64,000 nucleotides of DNA from an uncultured delta proteobacterium (GTDB lineage: Bacteria > Myxococcota_A > Polyangia > Polyangiales > Polyangiaceae): contig CAWKKR010000007.1 in NCBI GenBank assembly GCA_963850305.1, positions 800,001-864,000 of the forward strand, written 5' to 3'. Of this stretch, positions 23,395 to 32,800 are shown piece after piece. A program made the position numbers and the translations under genes. Each line of letters opens with the position of its first letter. Positions within the stretch are counted from its first letter, which is position 1. The notes below the pieces were generated by a model. The model saw only the letters and a program-made list of their open reading frames with translations. It was not told the DNA's origin and searched no databases.

Positions 23395-24213
23395 ATGACG
23401 GCGTCATCCCTTCGCGTCGCGGCAGTGCAGCTCTCTTCGGGAACGGATGTCTCCCGAAACCTGGCCGAGTGTGCCCGGCGTGTCCGTCAAGCCGCCGATC
23501 TCGGCGCGAAGCTCGTGCTGCTTCCGGAGAATCTCGCTCACATGGGCTCGGAGGACGAGAAACGTGAGCTTGCGGAGGCACTGGACGCCCCGGGTCCGAT
23601 CGTCCATGCGGTCTCGGAGATGGCGCGTAAGGCCGGCGTCACCGTCATCGCAGGAGGCATCCCCGAGCGAAGTGCCGACTCGGCGCGTCCGTACAACACG
23701 TGCATCGTCGTCGACCGCGGTGGCTCCATCGTGGCGCGGTACCGAAAGATGCATTTGTTCGACGTCGACCTGACGGACGGCACCCGGCTTCTCGAATCGA
23801 GCGCGACGACGGCGGGTGAAGCCGCCGTCGTTGCCGACGTCGACGGTTTCAAGGTGGGGCTTTCGATCTGCTACGATCTGCGCTTCCCCGAGCTTTATCG
23901 CGTGCTCGTGGAGCATGGTGCGGAGTTGCTGGTGGTGCCGTCGGCGTTCACGCTCCACACCGGACGGGATCACTGGCACGTGCTCTTGCGCGCACGGGCG
24001 ATCGAGGCGCAGTCCTTCGTGCTCGCGGCGGCGCAGTGGGGCAAGCACGCGAACGGTCGTGTGACGTACGGCCATTCACTCGTGGTCGATCCGTGGGGCA
24101 TCGTGCTCGCGGAAGCACCGGACCGAGTTTCGGTGGTCGTCGCTGAGCTCGAACGTTCGGACCTCGACCGCGTTCGAGCGTCGCTGCCCAGCCTTCGGCA
24201 CCGCCGGCTCTGA
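23395..24213 (+). CDS. Carbon-nitrogen hydrolase (Nit1 / deaminated glutathione amidase-like)
   Basis: LPEN, YRKMHLFDV, ICYDLRFPE and HWHVLLRARAIE. Confidence 0.92.
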   Translation: MTASSLRVAAVQLSSGTDVSRNLAECARRVRQAADLGAKLVLLPENLAHMGSEDEKRELAEALDAPGPIVHAVSEMARKAGVTVIAGGIPERSADSARPYNTCIVVDRGGSIVARYRKMHLFDVDLTDGTRLLESSATTAGEAAVVADVDGFKVGLSICYDLRFPELYRVLVEHGAELLVVPSAFTLHTGRDHWHVLLRARAIEAQSFVLAAAQWGKHANGRVTYGHSLVVDPWGIVLAEAPDRVSVVVAELERSDLDRVRASLPSLRHRRL

Positions 24214-24241
24214 CCGGGTGCGCTGGCCTCGAACCGTCGGC

Positions 24242-25271
24242 TCACGACAGATGCCGGCGAGCGATTTCCGTCCAGGTTCCCTCGGGTTCTAGGTCGATAT
24301 AGCTACGCCAGTAGGGGCGAGCCTTCGCCGGTTCCCCGAGTTGTTCGAACGCCATTGCGAGATTGAAATACGCGTCGGAGAACTTCGGGTCCGAGTCGAT
24401 CGCCCCGCGGAAGAGTGCGATCGACAGGTGCGCTTCCCCGCGTTCGAGCATCACGTAGCCGAGGTTGTATTGCGCCTCGGGTTGCCGTGCGTCGATGGAC
24501 AGCGCCTTCCGGTAGAGGGTTTCCGCTTCGGCGACCTGGTGCCTTCGGAACCGGATGTTTCCGAGGTTCGTGTACGCAATGCTGAGCCAGGGATCGAGTT
24601 CCACCGCCTGCGCGTAGAGGGCCTCGGCATCGTCCATCGTATTCGGGTCTTCGTCGAGCTGACTGGCGTGGAGGTAGAGTTCGTACGCGGTGCGCGCTCG
24701 CTCACGACCCGCCGTGGGGCGAAGGAGCCGCACGACGTCGTCGCGGAGGGCGCTCACCTCGAGGTCGAGGAGGAGTTGCCCGCTCACGGGTTCGAACGCG
24801 CCGTCGCCGGAATAGACGACGACCTTCTTGCCGTCCGATGCGATCTTCAGCTCGACCAGTGGGCGCGCGACGTTCGGTAGCGATTTTCCGCAGCGCCGCA
24901 ATGGCGCGTGTCACATCGCGGAGACGAACCTGCCGCTCGAGCAGGGCCTGGGCCGTCCGCATGGCGATGAGGTCCGTGAACGTGTAGGCGCGCCGTCCGC
25001 GCCTCCTGCCGCTCGGCGACACGACGCCGTTACGATCGAGAGAGCTCAGACGTGTGGGCGACACGCCGAGAAGACGAGAGACCTCGATGCGCGTGAAGAG
25101 ATCCGTGACCGGCTCCCGCGAGGAAGTCACCGGCACCGACTCCTCGGGGCGCGGCGAAAGTCTCGGGGCCTCGTCGCGGACGCGGCCGCCACCGGGACCG
25201 AACACCACGTGGATGATCTTGTCGTCCCTGCGCTTCCTGTCCTTGGTTCGTTTTCGACGCTGCCCCGCCAT
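24242..25271 (-). CDS. MerR-like HTH plus TPR protein; extra A near 24885
   Basis: FTRIEVSRLLGVS..SPSGRRRGRRAYTFTDL wHTH, GQLLLD linker, four TPRs; AAAA to AAA restores RKSLPN. Confidence 0.8.
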
Positions 25272-25475
25272 CCGGATCCCGCAGTGATTCTTCCGCGCGG
25301 CGCTTGCTGTCAAGAGGAAGCCTGCCGTTCGACACTGGTACGCGTGAAGCACGCTCTATTCGCCGGGTTCGGCGACGGGCCGATCGGAGCCGGCGTGAGC
25401 TCCGGACATGGCGACGAAGGTCTTGACGGAGTGTCGGAGTCGATCCCGTCGAGAGGGCGGACCGGTCGGTGGCCA

Positions 25476-25805
25476 TCAGCGTGTGCGCACTTTCCGGTCG
25501 CGTTCCGAGGCGCGCATGACGCGAGCCTCGACGTCGACATCGATCCGGATCCCTCGAGAGTCCGTTCGAATGACGAGCTCTGCCCGGATGCGACCAAGCG
25601 GATGGACGGATCGAACGCTTGCCTCCCGGTACGCGATCCGGACGGCTCTGACCCGGGCGTGCACGTCCCGCGCGACGAGACGAGTCACGTCCCCCGCGGC
25701 GGCGTCTGGCACCAGCCCTCCTCGAGACACGAAGGGGAGCAGCAGGCTGGTCGTTCCATAATAGGCGGGGCCATCACGCTCTTCGCGAACGGCTCCCTCG
25801 CTCAT
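25476..25805 (-). CDS. Small hypothetical protein
   Basis: Non-shadow ORF with a beta-rich C-terminus (GIRIDVDVEA); start uncertain. Confidence 0.55.
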   Translation of the reverse strand: MSEGAVREERDGPAYYGTTSLLLPFVSRGGLVPDAAAGDVTRLVARDVHARVRAVRIAYREASVRSVHPLGRIRAELVIRTDSRGIRIDVDVEARVMRASERDRKVRTR

Positions 25806-26062
25806 CACATCGGCAACACCGAACAGCTCGCCCCAGCGATAGTCCGTGCTTCGAAAGAGGGTGGTGGAACGACTATCGACGAGCGGATGAGCCCGGGTCT
25901 TGGCCAAGCCCGGTCTGCGGCGGGACGTCGGACGCTTCACGTGATGGATCGTACGATGGTCTGCGCAGCGACCCGAAGTTTGTGCGCGTCGGATCCGCCA
26001 CCGAAGTTGGCCCCCCGAGAATGCCCCTGCCACGCTTTGATTCCTGGAACGCGAGCGTCAAC

Positions 26063-26401
26063 ATGAGCGAATCTGCCGCCTTTTCCCCGTATTCAGGCCG
26101 AGAGCGCCGGAGCCGTCTGGTCTATGTCACCCGGAACACGGAGTATCACCTCAACGCGGGTCGCTGCGTGGCGGTGCGAGATCGGGACACCGGACGGTGG
26201 CTTTTGACGCATCCCGCTCTCAATCGGAAGGTTTCGGGCTCCGTGCGCTTCAGCCGCAATCTCGAGGCGTACCCGACTCTCGAGATCCCTCGCGTCGGCG
26301 AGGGATTGTTTTTTGGCGCCGGAGGCGAGGATGTCGTGACCAGCGACCTCGTGGAGATCGAACGGCCCGAAAAGGCAACAATCGGCACGTATCCGGTTTG
26401 A
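26063..26401 (+). CDS. Small myxobacterial hypothetical protein
   Basis: ERR..YVTRNTEYH..CVAVRDR motif, which I recall from myxobacterial hypotheticals. Confidence 0.7.
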   Translation: MSESAAFSPYSGRERRSRLVYVTRNTEYHLNAGRCVAVRDRDTGRWLLTHPALNRKVSGSVRFSRNLEAYPTLEIPRVGEGLFFGAGGEDVVTSDLVEIERPEKATIGTYPV

Positions 26402-26572
26402 TTTTTGGCCCGACAGGTATCCCGTTCTTGGTAAACAGGCCCCCGACGCGGTGCATCGACGCGGCGCGTAGGGAATCAGAGTAAAAACGCGGATTGACAG
26501 GGATGGCCTAGCTTGGGAGACGTTTGAATTGAAGCCTCCGTGCTGTCGAACCAGAGCCAGGCCAAGGAACCC

Positions 26573-28411
26573 GTGTTCACCATCGTGATCAGCGAGAAGG
26601 GTGGGGCGGAGCGCCGCGAGCTGTTCGAGCAGCCTGAGCTGAATATCGGACGGGTTCAGGGCAACGAGCTCATGTTGGCGAAGGGCAACGTGTCGAAGAG
26701 GCACGCGCGACTCGTATATAGGGACGGTCGCTTCATCGTCACCGATCTGAACAGCACCAATGGGACGTATGTGAACCGTCGCCGGATCAATCAGGCGACC
26801 ATCGTCCGGCAGGGCGACCGGATTTACATCGGGGACTTCGTGTTGCGCGTCGAGGCGCAAGAGGAGTCGAGCCAGCTCGACTCCGCACGCGCCAGCGTGC
26901 AGCCGATACCCCTTCGCGAGCCGATGGTGACGGCGCCCGAGCTGAGCTCGCGCTCCAAGGCTCCCCCAGCACCGCCGGCGCCCCCCATCGTGGCCTACCC
27001 GCCCGTGCCTCCAGCGCCGCGGGTCCCGGGGCCCCAGGCGTCGCGCACGGCAGAGTCGACACCATCGTCGTTCATACCGTCGTCCGCTTCGCGTTCGGAA
27101 CCGTCGGTCGTGGAACGTCTTCCGAGCAGTCGCGAAGACAGCATCGATATGGAGACCACCGCGTATCGAAGCGCGGTGGCAGCCCTCGTGGCGCGCGTTT
27201 CGCAGAAGCTCGAGCCGCGGATTCTGGACCGAGACATTCCGGAAGCCGTCGCTACGCGCGTGGACCGGCTTATCGAGGAAATGTTGTCGGAACTTCGGCG
27301 CGACGAGGTAATCGGCGCGGCGATCGCTGAGGAGCGAGTCAAGCGCGATGCACGCGCGGAGTTGCTCGACCTGGGGGCGCTCGGCCCGCTGGTGGAGGAC
27401 GAAACCGTGACGGAGATTGCCGTCGTCGCGATGGGCTCGATCTCCGCAACTCGCGGGGGACGGCGCATTCGAGTGGAACCGCCACTGTCGTCGGAGGCAT
27501 CCGTCCGGCGGATCCTCGGACGCCTGGCGCGGAGGAGCGGCACGGCTCTGGGAGACGAAGAGATTGCGTCGAGGAAGCTGCCGAACGGCTTTCATCTGAC
27601 GGCGATCACGGGCGCGCGGGCTCCCTCGGGGACGTTGCTCCGACTCGAGCGCCCGCAGCGCGTGGACTCTACGCTCGACGAGTTGGTTCGAGCGGGCGCC
27701 ATTTCTCGCGGCATCGCCACCTTCCTGAGACACTGCATGGCCGTTCGAGCGAACGTGCTGATCGTCGGTCCGCGTGACGCGAGGCCTTCATCGATCGCGG
27801 GTGCGTTGGTATCGGCGAGCGCCGATGGTCACGTGGTGGCGATCCAGGAGATCGACGCCATCGTCAGCACTTCCGTCGCTGTCAGTCACGTGGACGTGTC
27901 CGGCGCGGAGACGGCCCTGACGGCTCTCGTGGAATTCGTGGGCAGATTGGCCGGTGCTCGTCTGGTCGCGGATCACTTCGCGGGCCCTACCGCGGCCGCG
28001 ATCCTCGACGTCGTTTCGGGCGGAACGGACGGACTCGTCGCCGTCACGGATGCGGCGAGCCTGCGTCGTGGGCTCGCGCGGTTGCCGGCGGAACTGGCGG
28101 TTGCACGTCCCGGGCTCACGGTGGATGTGGCACGGGAGTGGTTGGCGAGCACTTTCGACATCGTGATCGACGTTGCGCGGCTTCGCGACGGACGTCAGCG
28201 CGTCGTGCGTGTGGCGGAGGTCACCGGTGTCGAGCACGGCGAGATCGCGCTTCGAGACATCTTCGCCTTCGTCGTCGAACGTACGGCGACGGGAGGGTCC
28301 GTCGAAGGGACATTTCAGGCGACCGGCACGCCCCCGCGCATCGTCAACGACATGGCCGCGCGCGGGATCCACGTCGACAGCGGCGTGTTCTCTCGCCCCC
28401 CTTCAAGGTAA
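26573..28411 (+). CDS. FHA - Pro-rich linker - CpaF/TadA-like ATPase domain with degenerate Walker motifs
   Basis: AAGGAA then GTG-FTIVISEKGG; intact FHA; LGALGPLVEDETVTEI; ARLRDGRQRVVRVAEV; Walker A site reads GPRDARPS. Confidence 0.85.
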   Translation: MFTIVISEKGGAERRELFEQPELNIGRVQGNELMLAKGNVSKRHARLVYRDGRFIVTDLNSTNGTYVNRRRINQATIVRQGDRIYIGDFVLRVEAQEESSQLDSARASVQPIPLREPMVTAPELSSRSKAPPAPPAPPIVAYPPVPPAPRVPGPQASRTAESTPSSFIPSSASRSEPSVVERLPSSREDSIDMETTAYRSAVAALVARVSQKLEPRILDRDIPEAVATRVDRLIEEMLSELRRDEVIGAAIAEERVKRDARAELLDLGALGPLVEDETVTEIAVVAMGSISATRGGRRIRVEPPLSSEASVRRILGRLARRSGTALGDEEIASRKLPNGFHLTAITGARAPSGTLLRLERPQRVDSTLDELVRAGAISRGIATFLRHCMAVRANVLIVGPRDARPSSIAGALVSASADGHVVAIQEIDAIVSTSVAVSHVDVSGAETALTALVEFVGRLAGARLVADHFAGPTAAAILDVVSGGTDGLVAVTDAASLRRGLARLPAELAVARPGLTVDVAREWLASTFDIVIDVARLRDGRQRVVRVAEVTGVEHGEIALRDIFAFVVERTATGGSVEGTFQATGTPPRIVNDMAARGIHVDSGVFSRPPSR

Positions 28412-28451
28412 CGGCCCGCCCTGCGCGGGGTCGAGAGGCGGACCTCCGAGG

Positions 28452-28970
28452 TCAAGCGTCGGCCGCAGCATCTGCCTTTGCCTTCGCGAGTTTCCGTCCG
28501 AGCAGTCGTCGCTTGACGGCGTTCAGCTTGTCCAGCATCACGACACCATTGAGGTGGTCGTTCTCGTGCTGAATGGCGACGGCCAGTAGCCCGTCTGCGT
28601 CGAGCTCGAAGGGCTTCCCATCACGGTCCAGCGCCTTCACGTGCACGCGCTCTGCACGACGAATCTCTTCCGTCACTCCCGGAAATGAGAGACAGCCTTC
28701 TTCCCAGGTCTGAGTGCCCGACGCCTCGCTGAGCTCTGGATTGACGAATACCCTCAGAGCACTCGGCTCGTCCTCTCCTGCGACGTCGATCACGAAGACG
28801 CGCAGCAGGACGCCGACTTGATTGGCCGCCAATCCGACGCCCGGCGCCGCATACATGGTCTCCGCCATGTCGTCGATGAGCCGTCGCACGTCGTCGGTGA
28901 CCGCCTTCACCGGCTCCGCAACCTGCTTCAATCTTCGGTCCGGGTACTTCAGGATCGCGCGCAGCGCCAT
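28452..28970 (-). CDS. def: Peptide deformylase
   Basis: GVGLAANQVG, EGCLS and QHENDHLNG. Confidence 0.96.
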   Translation of the reverse strand: MALRAILKYPDRRLKQVAEPVKAVTDDVRRLIDDMAETMYAAPGVGLAANQVGVLLRVFVIDVAGEDEPSALRVFVNPELSEASGTQTWEEGCLSFPGVTEEIRRAERVHVKALDRDGKPFELDADGLLAVAIQHENDHLNGVVMLDKLNAVKRRLLGRKLAKAKADAAADA

Positions 28971-28980
28971 TCAGTGTTCA

Positions 28981-28989
28981 ATTGTAACA
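28981..28989 (-). promoter_or_regulatory. Extended -10 (TGtTACAAT) 10 nt before the def ATG
   Basis: Minus strand reads GTGTTACAATTGAACACTGA-ATG; also an imperfect palindrome at 28974-28990. Confidence 0.55.
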
Positions 28990-29078
28990 CCCACGATTTC
29001 GGCTCGCAACGACGCCCCCAGCCCGGACGGCCCCGCATGGCGAGCCCAGGGGCATCCGGAACCGGGGCCTGCTGAATT

Positions 29079-30998
29079 TCAATGAAGGATCTGCCCGCAG
29101 AACCCACTGATGCAGCGGTCCGTCGGGATGCAGCAGGGCGTTCCGCCGGCGCAGCTCTCATCGGTATTGGCGCACACCGGTCCGGTCGCCGGTGGGGGCT
29201 TGCCGCATACGCCGTTCGTACAGAAGCCGCCGCAGCAGTCGATTCCGGTTGTGCAGGTTGCCCCGTCTTGCTGACACGGGTCGAGTGCGGTGAACGCCCG
29301 GTGGTTCCCGGCGACGTCCTCCTGACCCGTCAAATAGAAGGCCGGGTGGCTCGGGTCCCCCGAGTAGGTGCCGTTGGGCGAGATATCGACCGCGGCGCCC
29401 CAGAGCTGCCGGATGAGACCATTGTCGTGCGTGTTGCCGTAATGCCGGTACGAATCGAAGAAGACCCAGAAGTAACCGCCCGCAGCAACCGGCGAACCGG
29501 TCGGGTAAAAGTTGTGGTGCAGCTCCTCCGCGCCGAACGGCAGATAGGTCGTGCTCGAAGAGGCATCCTGCTCGGATCTGTAGCCCATCGCGTTCGCCAG
29601 CATACTGGGAGTGCCGCCCGCGACATCGACGACGTAGACGTCGCTCGAGACCGTTGCCAGCCCTCCGCCGGCGAGCCCGATCGCCTCGCCCGAAAAGTCA
29701 CTCGCCGTGCCGTTCGCGAAGATGAGCGCCTGGTTATCTGGCAAGAAGAAGGGCCAGCCCGGAAACTTCGTCGTATCCGGCGTTTGATACACCTGCTTGT
29801 ACCCGTTCGCCGTGCGCGAACTTTTGTCGAAGTTCATGACTGCCAGCCCGTGGCCGTCGTTGATCGCATAATCGTTGAATGCGAGGAGCGTTCCGTCCGG
29901 CGAGAACATGGGTGTCATCACGCCCGGCGGGATGCCGGAGTTCGGGACGACCGTTCCCGTGTCGGTCACGTAAAGGGATGCCGAGGAGGGGCCTACTGCA
30001 CCTGGTCCTCCCGCGCGTGGCCCGGTGATGCCGGTGAGAATGTTCCCGAAGTTTGCATTCGAGAGGTAGAGCGAGCCATCCGGGTAGACACCCGTGAAGA
30101 AGGTGTTCGGCGCGGTCGGCGCCAGAGGCGCGGGGTTCGTGGGTCCACCGGGAGTGAGCGCGTAGGTGGCGCCACCGGTCAAGAACGGGAGCGCCACCAT
30201 GCGCGAGCCGTTTGCCGATACGGAGTGGCATCCCGTGCACCCGGACTGACCGAGAAATGCCTCGGCAGGTTTGCCGGGTGTCATCCTGAGCACTGCGCCG
30301 CCCGAACCGCCTGCGAGAGCTGACGAGTAGCTATTGTAATAGATGGTCCCCTTGAGGTTGGCCTGCGCGATGATCACGCTTTCCGAGACCGGGCCGGTTG
30401 CGGTGCCTCCGCTCGAGATCGTGAGCTGGAGGGAATAGGGATCGCTGCGGCCATTCGTCTTCGCTGCGGCCTGGTCCCAGATCGCTTGGGGCAACTGCAG
30501 CTGGTTCGTTCCCGTCGGTTTGAAGCAACCCTTGTATTCGAAGTTGCTCGACTTGATGTGAACGTAGACCAGGTCGGCGCTGCCACCGTCCCACATCAGC
30601 AGCGGCGCGATGAGCCCGCGCGGAAAAACGGTGCCATCGTACGGGTTGAGGATTCGAAGACTCCCTGCGCTCCCGCTCCCGGCTTCGAGCGCCTGAACCG
30701 CTGTCGAGTCAATCCCGGCCGGATTCACAGGGAGGCATTCATCGATCTGAATGGGCTGATCACTCGGCGACGAAGCGTCGGGCATCACGACCGACGGCGA
30801 GCCTCCCGAGCCGAGCGTCACGATGTCGATGCCACCGCCTGCCGCGGTGAAGGCTCCACCTCCTCCACCTCCCGTTGGGCTGCCGACGTAGCCGCCGCTT
30901 CCGGTTGACGGCTCTCCGTTCGTCTTCGAGCCGCCTCCCGCCGAGCACGCCAGCGCAGACATTCCGCACGTAAGACCGACGAGCCACGAAGGATTCAT
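29079..30998 (-). CDS. Lipoprotein with TolB-like beta-propeller and Cys-rich C-terminus
   Basis: Lipobox SALAC, Gly-rich linker, CTGCHSVSANGS, PMFSPDG, WPFFLPD and CC-containing tail repeats. Confidence 0.8.
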   Translation of the reverse strand: MNPSWLVGLTCGMSALACSAGGGSKTNGEPSTGSGGYVGSPTGGGGGGAFTAAGGGIDIVTLGSGGSPSVVMPDASSPSDQPIQIDECLPVNPAGIDSTAVQALEAGSGSAGSLRILNPYDGTVFPRGLIAPLLMWDGGSADLVYVHIKSSNFEYKGCFKPTGTNQLQLPQAIWDQAAAKTNGRSDPYSLQLTISSGGTATGPVSESVIIAQANLKGTIYYNSYSSALAGGSGGAVLRMTPGKPAEAFLGQSGCTGCHSVSANGSRMVALPFLTGGATYALTPGGPTNPAPLAPTAPNTFFTGVYPDGSLYLSNANFGNILTGITGPRAGGPGAVGPSSASLYVTDTGTVVPNSGIPPGVMTPMFSPDGTLLAFNDYAINDGHGLAVMNFDKSSRTANGYKQVYQTPDTTKFPGWPFFLPDNQALIFANGTASDFSGEAIGLAGGGLATVSSDVYVVDVAGGTPSMLANAMGYRSEQDASSSTTYLPFGAEELHHNFYPTGSPVAAGGYFWVFFDSYRHYGNTHDNGLIRQLWGAAVDISPNGTYSGDPSHPAFYLTGQEDVAGNHRAFTALDPCQQDGATCTTGIDCCGGFCTNGVCGKPPPATGPVCANTDESCAGGTPCCIPTDRCISGFCGQILH

Positions 30999-31033
30999 GT
31001 GAGACCACCACCTCTCGACTCGAGAGCCGTCAC

Positions 31034-31052
31034 ATATCAAGCAGGTTGATAT
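31034..31052. promoter_or_regulatory. AT-rich inverted repeat ATATCAA-N5-TTGATAT (candidate operator)
   Basis: Perfect 7-bp arms 35 nt upstream of ATG 30998. Confidence 0.45.
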
Positions 31053-31176
31053 TATGTGCGGAGATTGGCTAACCCGTCAACCCGAGGATCCGGCGCGCAC
31101 CCGCGGCGAGGACGGGATCCTCGCATCCGGGCATGGAAGCATAGGTTCAGGCGGTCGGTCCGTGGTTCCGCCGCCG

Positions 31177-32322
31177 CTATTCGGGAGTCGGATTAGCCGT
31201 CTTCTTCTTCGGATAGACGATCGGCCCGTGAACGTAGGCGTCGGTGCCGCAGAGTTCCCATTCGGGCGGATCGATGCGCGGAGCATGAGCGGGAGCTTCG
31301 GGTCCCGCCCAGTCCACCGCCCCGGGGATTCCACGAGGCCCGAGCAGAACGGGGGCAATGAACACATGGAGTTCGCTCGGGATCCTCCCCGCGAGCAGAC
31401 TACCGGCGAGCTCAGCCCCGCCCTCGCAGAGCACGCTGACTACCTCGCGGGCCGCAAGCGCGCGCATCGCCGCCCCCATGTCGCATCGCCCGGATGCAGT
31501 CGCGGGCACGCGAACGAGCGCGATGCCGGCGGCTTCCAGCCGTTCGCCGAGCCCCACCGGCGCATCGACGGTGGTGATGACGCAAGTTGGCGTCTCGCGC
31601 GCGGTCGTGACGAGGAGGCTATCTGCCGGCGTGCGCAGTTTGCTGTCCACCACGACGCGGACCGGGTTCCTTCCGGCGACATCGCGGACGGTGAGTTGCG
31701 GATCGTCGGCAAGGACGGTGTTGATGCCCACCATGACCGCGTCGTAGCGCGCACGTAGCGCGTGGACGCGCGTTCGGCTCTCGGTCCCGGTGATCCACTT
31801 CGAGATGCCCGTCCGGGTCGCGACGCGCCCGTCGAGGGAGATCGCGAGTTTCAACGAGAGGTAAGACGCTCCTTCGGTGATGTACTTCGTCCACGGTCGG
31901 ATGAGCCGCTTGGCGCGGTCCTCCAGCACTCCCACGACGACCTCGATGCCGGCGGCTTGCATCCGTTCGACGCCGCCCCCGCGGACGTGCGGATTTGGGT
32001 CCCGACAGCCCACGACCACCCGCCCGATGCCCGACTCGATGACCGCGTCGATGCACGGCGCAGTTCGGCCCTGGTGATTGCAGGGTTCGAGCGTCACGTA
32101 CAGTGTCTTGCCCCTGGCTCGGGCCCCGGCGGCTCGCAACGCGACAATCTCGGCGTGATCCTCGCCGGCGAGCGTGTGAAACCCTTCGCCGAGCACCTCC
32201 TGCCCGTCCGCGACGATGGCTCCGACGTGCGGATTCGGCGACGGATCCCCGCCGAGGGCAAGATCCAGTGCCTTGCCCATGAGCTCGAGATCGAGCTTCC
32301 TCACGGCGTCGTTTTCGGCCAT
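31177..32322 (-). CDS. ribD: Bifunctional riboflavin deaminase/reductase
   Basis: PNPHVG, HAE, TLEPCNHQGRTAPC, SLDG and CEGG. Confidence 0.96.
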   Translation of the reverse strand: MAENDAVRKLDLELMGKALDLALGGDPSPNPHVGAIVADGQEVLGEGFHTLAGEDHAEIVALRAAGARARGKTLYVTLEPCNHQGRTAPCIDAVIESGIGRVVVGCRDPNPHVRGGGVERMQAAGIEVVVGVLEDRAKRLIRPWTKYITEGASYLSLKLAISLDGRVATRTGISKWITGTESRTRVHALRARYDAVMVGINTVLADDPQLTVRDVAGRNPVRVVVDSKLRTPADSLLVTTARETPTCVITTVDAPVGLGERLEAAGIALVRVPATASGRCDMGAAMRALAAREVVSVLCEGGAELAGSLLAGRIPSELHVFIAPVLLGPRGIPGAVDWAGPEAPAHAPRIDPPEWELCGTDAYVHGPIVYPKKKTANPTPE

Positions 32323-32335
32323 GGAGGGCTTCCAC

Positions 32336-32800
32336 TTACTCCGATGAGCGCGATCGAACAAGCTGAGTCATTTCGCTCATGAACTCGTCGATGTCGCGGA
32401 ACGACTTGTAAACACTGGCGAAACGGACGTAAGCAACCGGGTCGAGGTCCTTCAGCAGAGCCATGACCCGCTCTCCGATCCATAGCGACGACACTTCTCG
32501 GTCGCCGCGCTCGGCGAGTTCCCTTTCCACTTTCTCGACCTCCGCTTCGAGTGCGTCCGCGGACACGGGTCGCTTGTTGCACGCGATTTGCAGGCTGCGG
32601 AGGAGCTTTGCGCGATCGAACGGCTCCCGCTGGCCGTCTTTCTTGACGACCCCCGGCAGCGTGTATTCGACGCGTTCGTAGGTCGTGAACCGGCGCTTGC
32701 AGGCGTCACATTCGCGACGCCGCCAGGTGACGGTTCCGGCCGCCGCGAGCCGCGAATCGACCACGCGGCTCTCGAGCTGGTGGCAATAGGGACACTGCAT
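32336..32800 (-). CDS. nrdR: Transcriptional repressor NrdR
   Basis: [25 protein letters not shown]-cone and AYVRFASVY. Confidence 0.97.
   Translation of the reverse strand: MQCPYCHQLESRVVDSRLAAAGTVTWRRRECDACKRRFTTYERVEYTLPGVVKKDGQREPFDRAKLLRSLQIACNKRPVSADALEAEVEKVERELAERGDREVSSLWIGERVMALLKDLDPVAYVRFASVYKSFRDIDEFMSEMTQLVRSRSSE

Noticed and set aside
31034..31052. FNR/CRP box reading of the palindrome
   Set aside because: Half-sites are reversed (ATCAA-N5-TTGAT) relative to the FNR consensus TTGAT-N4-ATCAA.
31083..31123. CGAGGATCC/GGATCCTCG inverted repeat downstream of ribD
   Set aside because: Long loop, no U tract, GC-rich; could be chance.
32322..32340. FMN riboswitch before ribD
   Set aside because: Only 13 nt separate nrdR and ribD.
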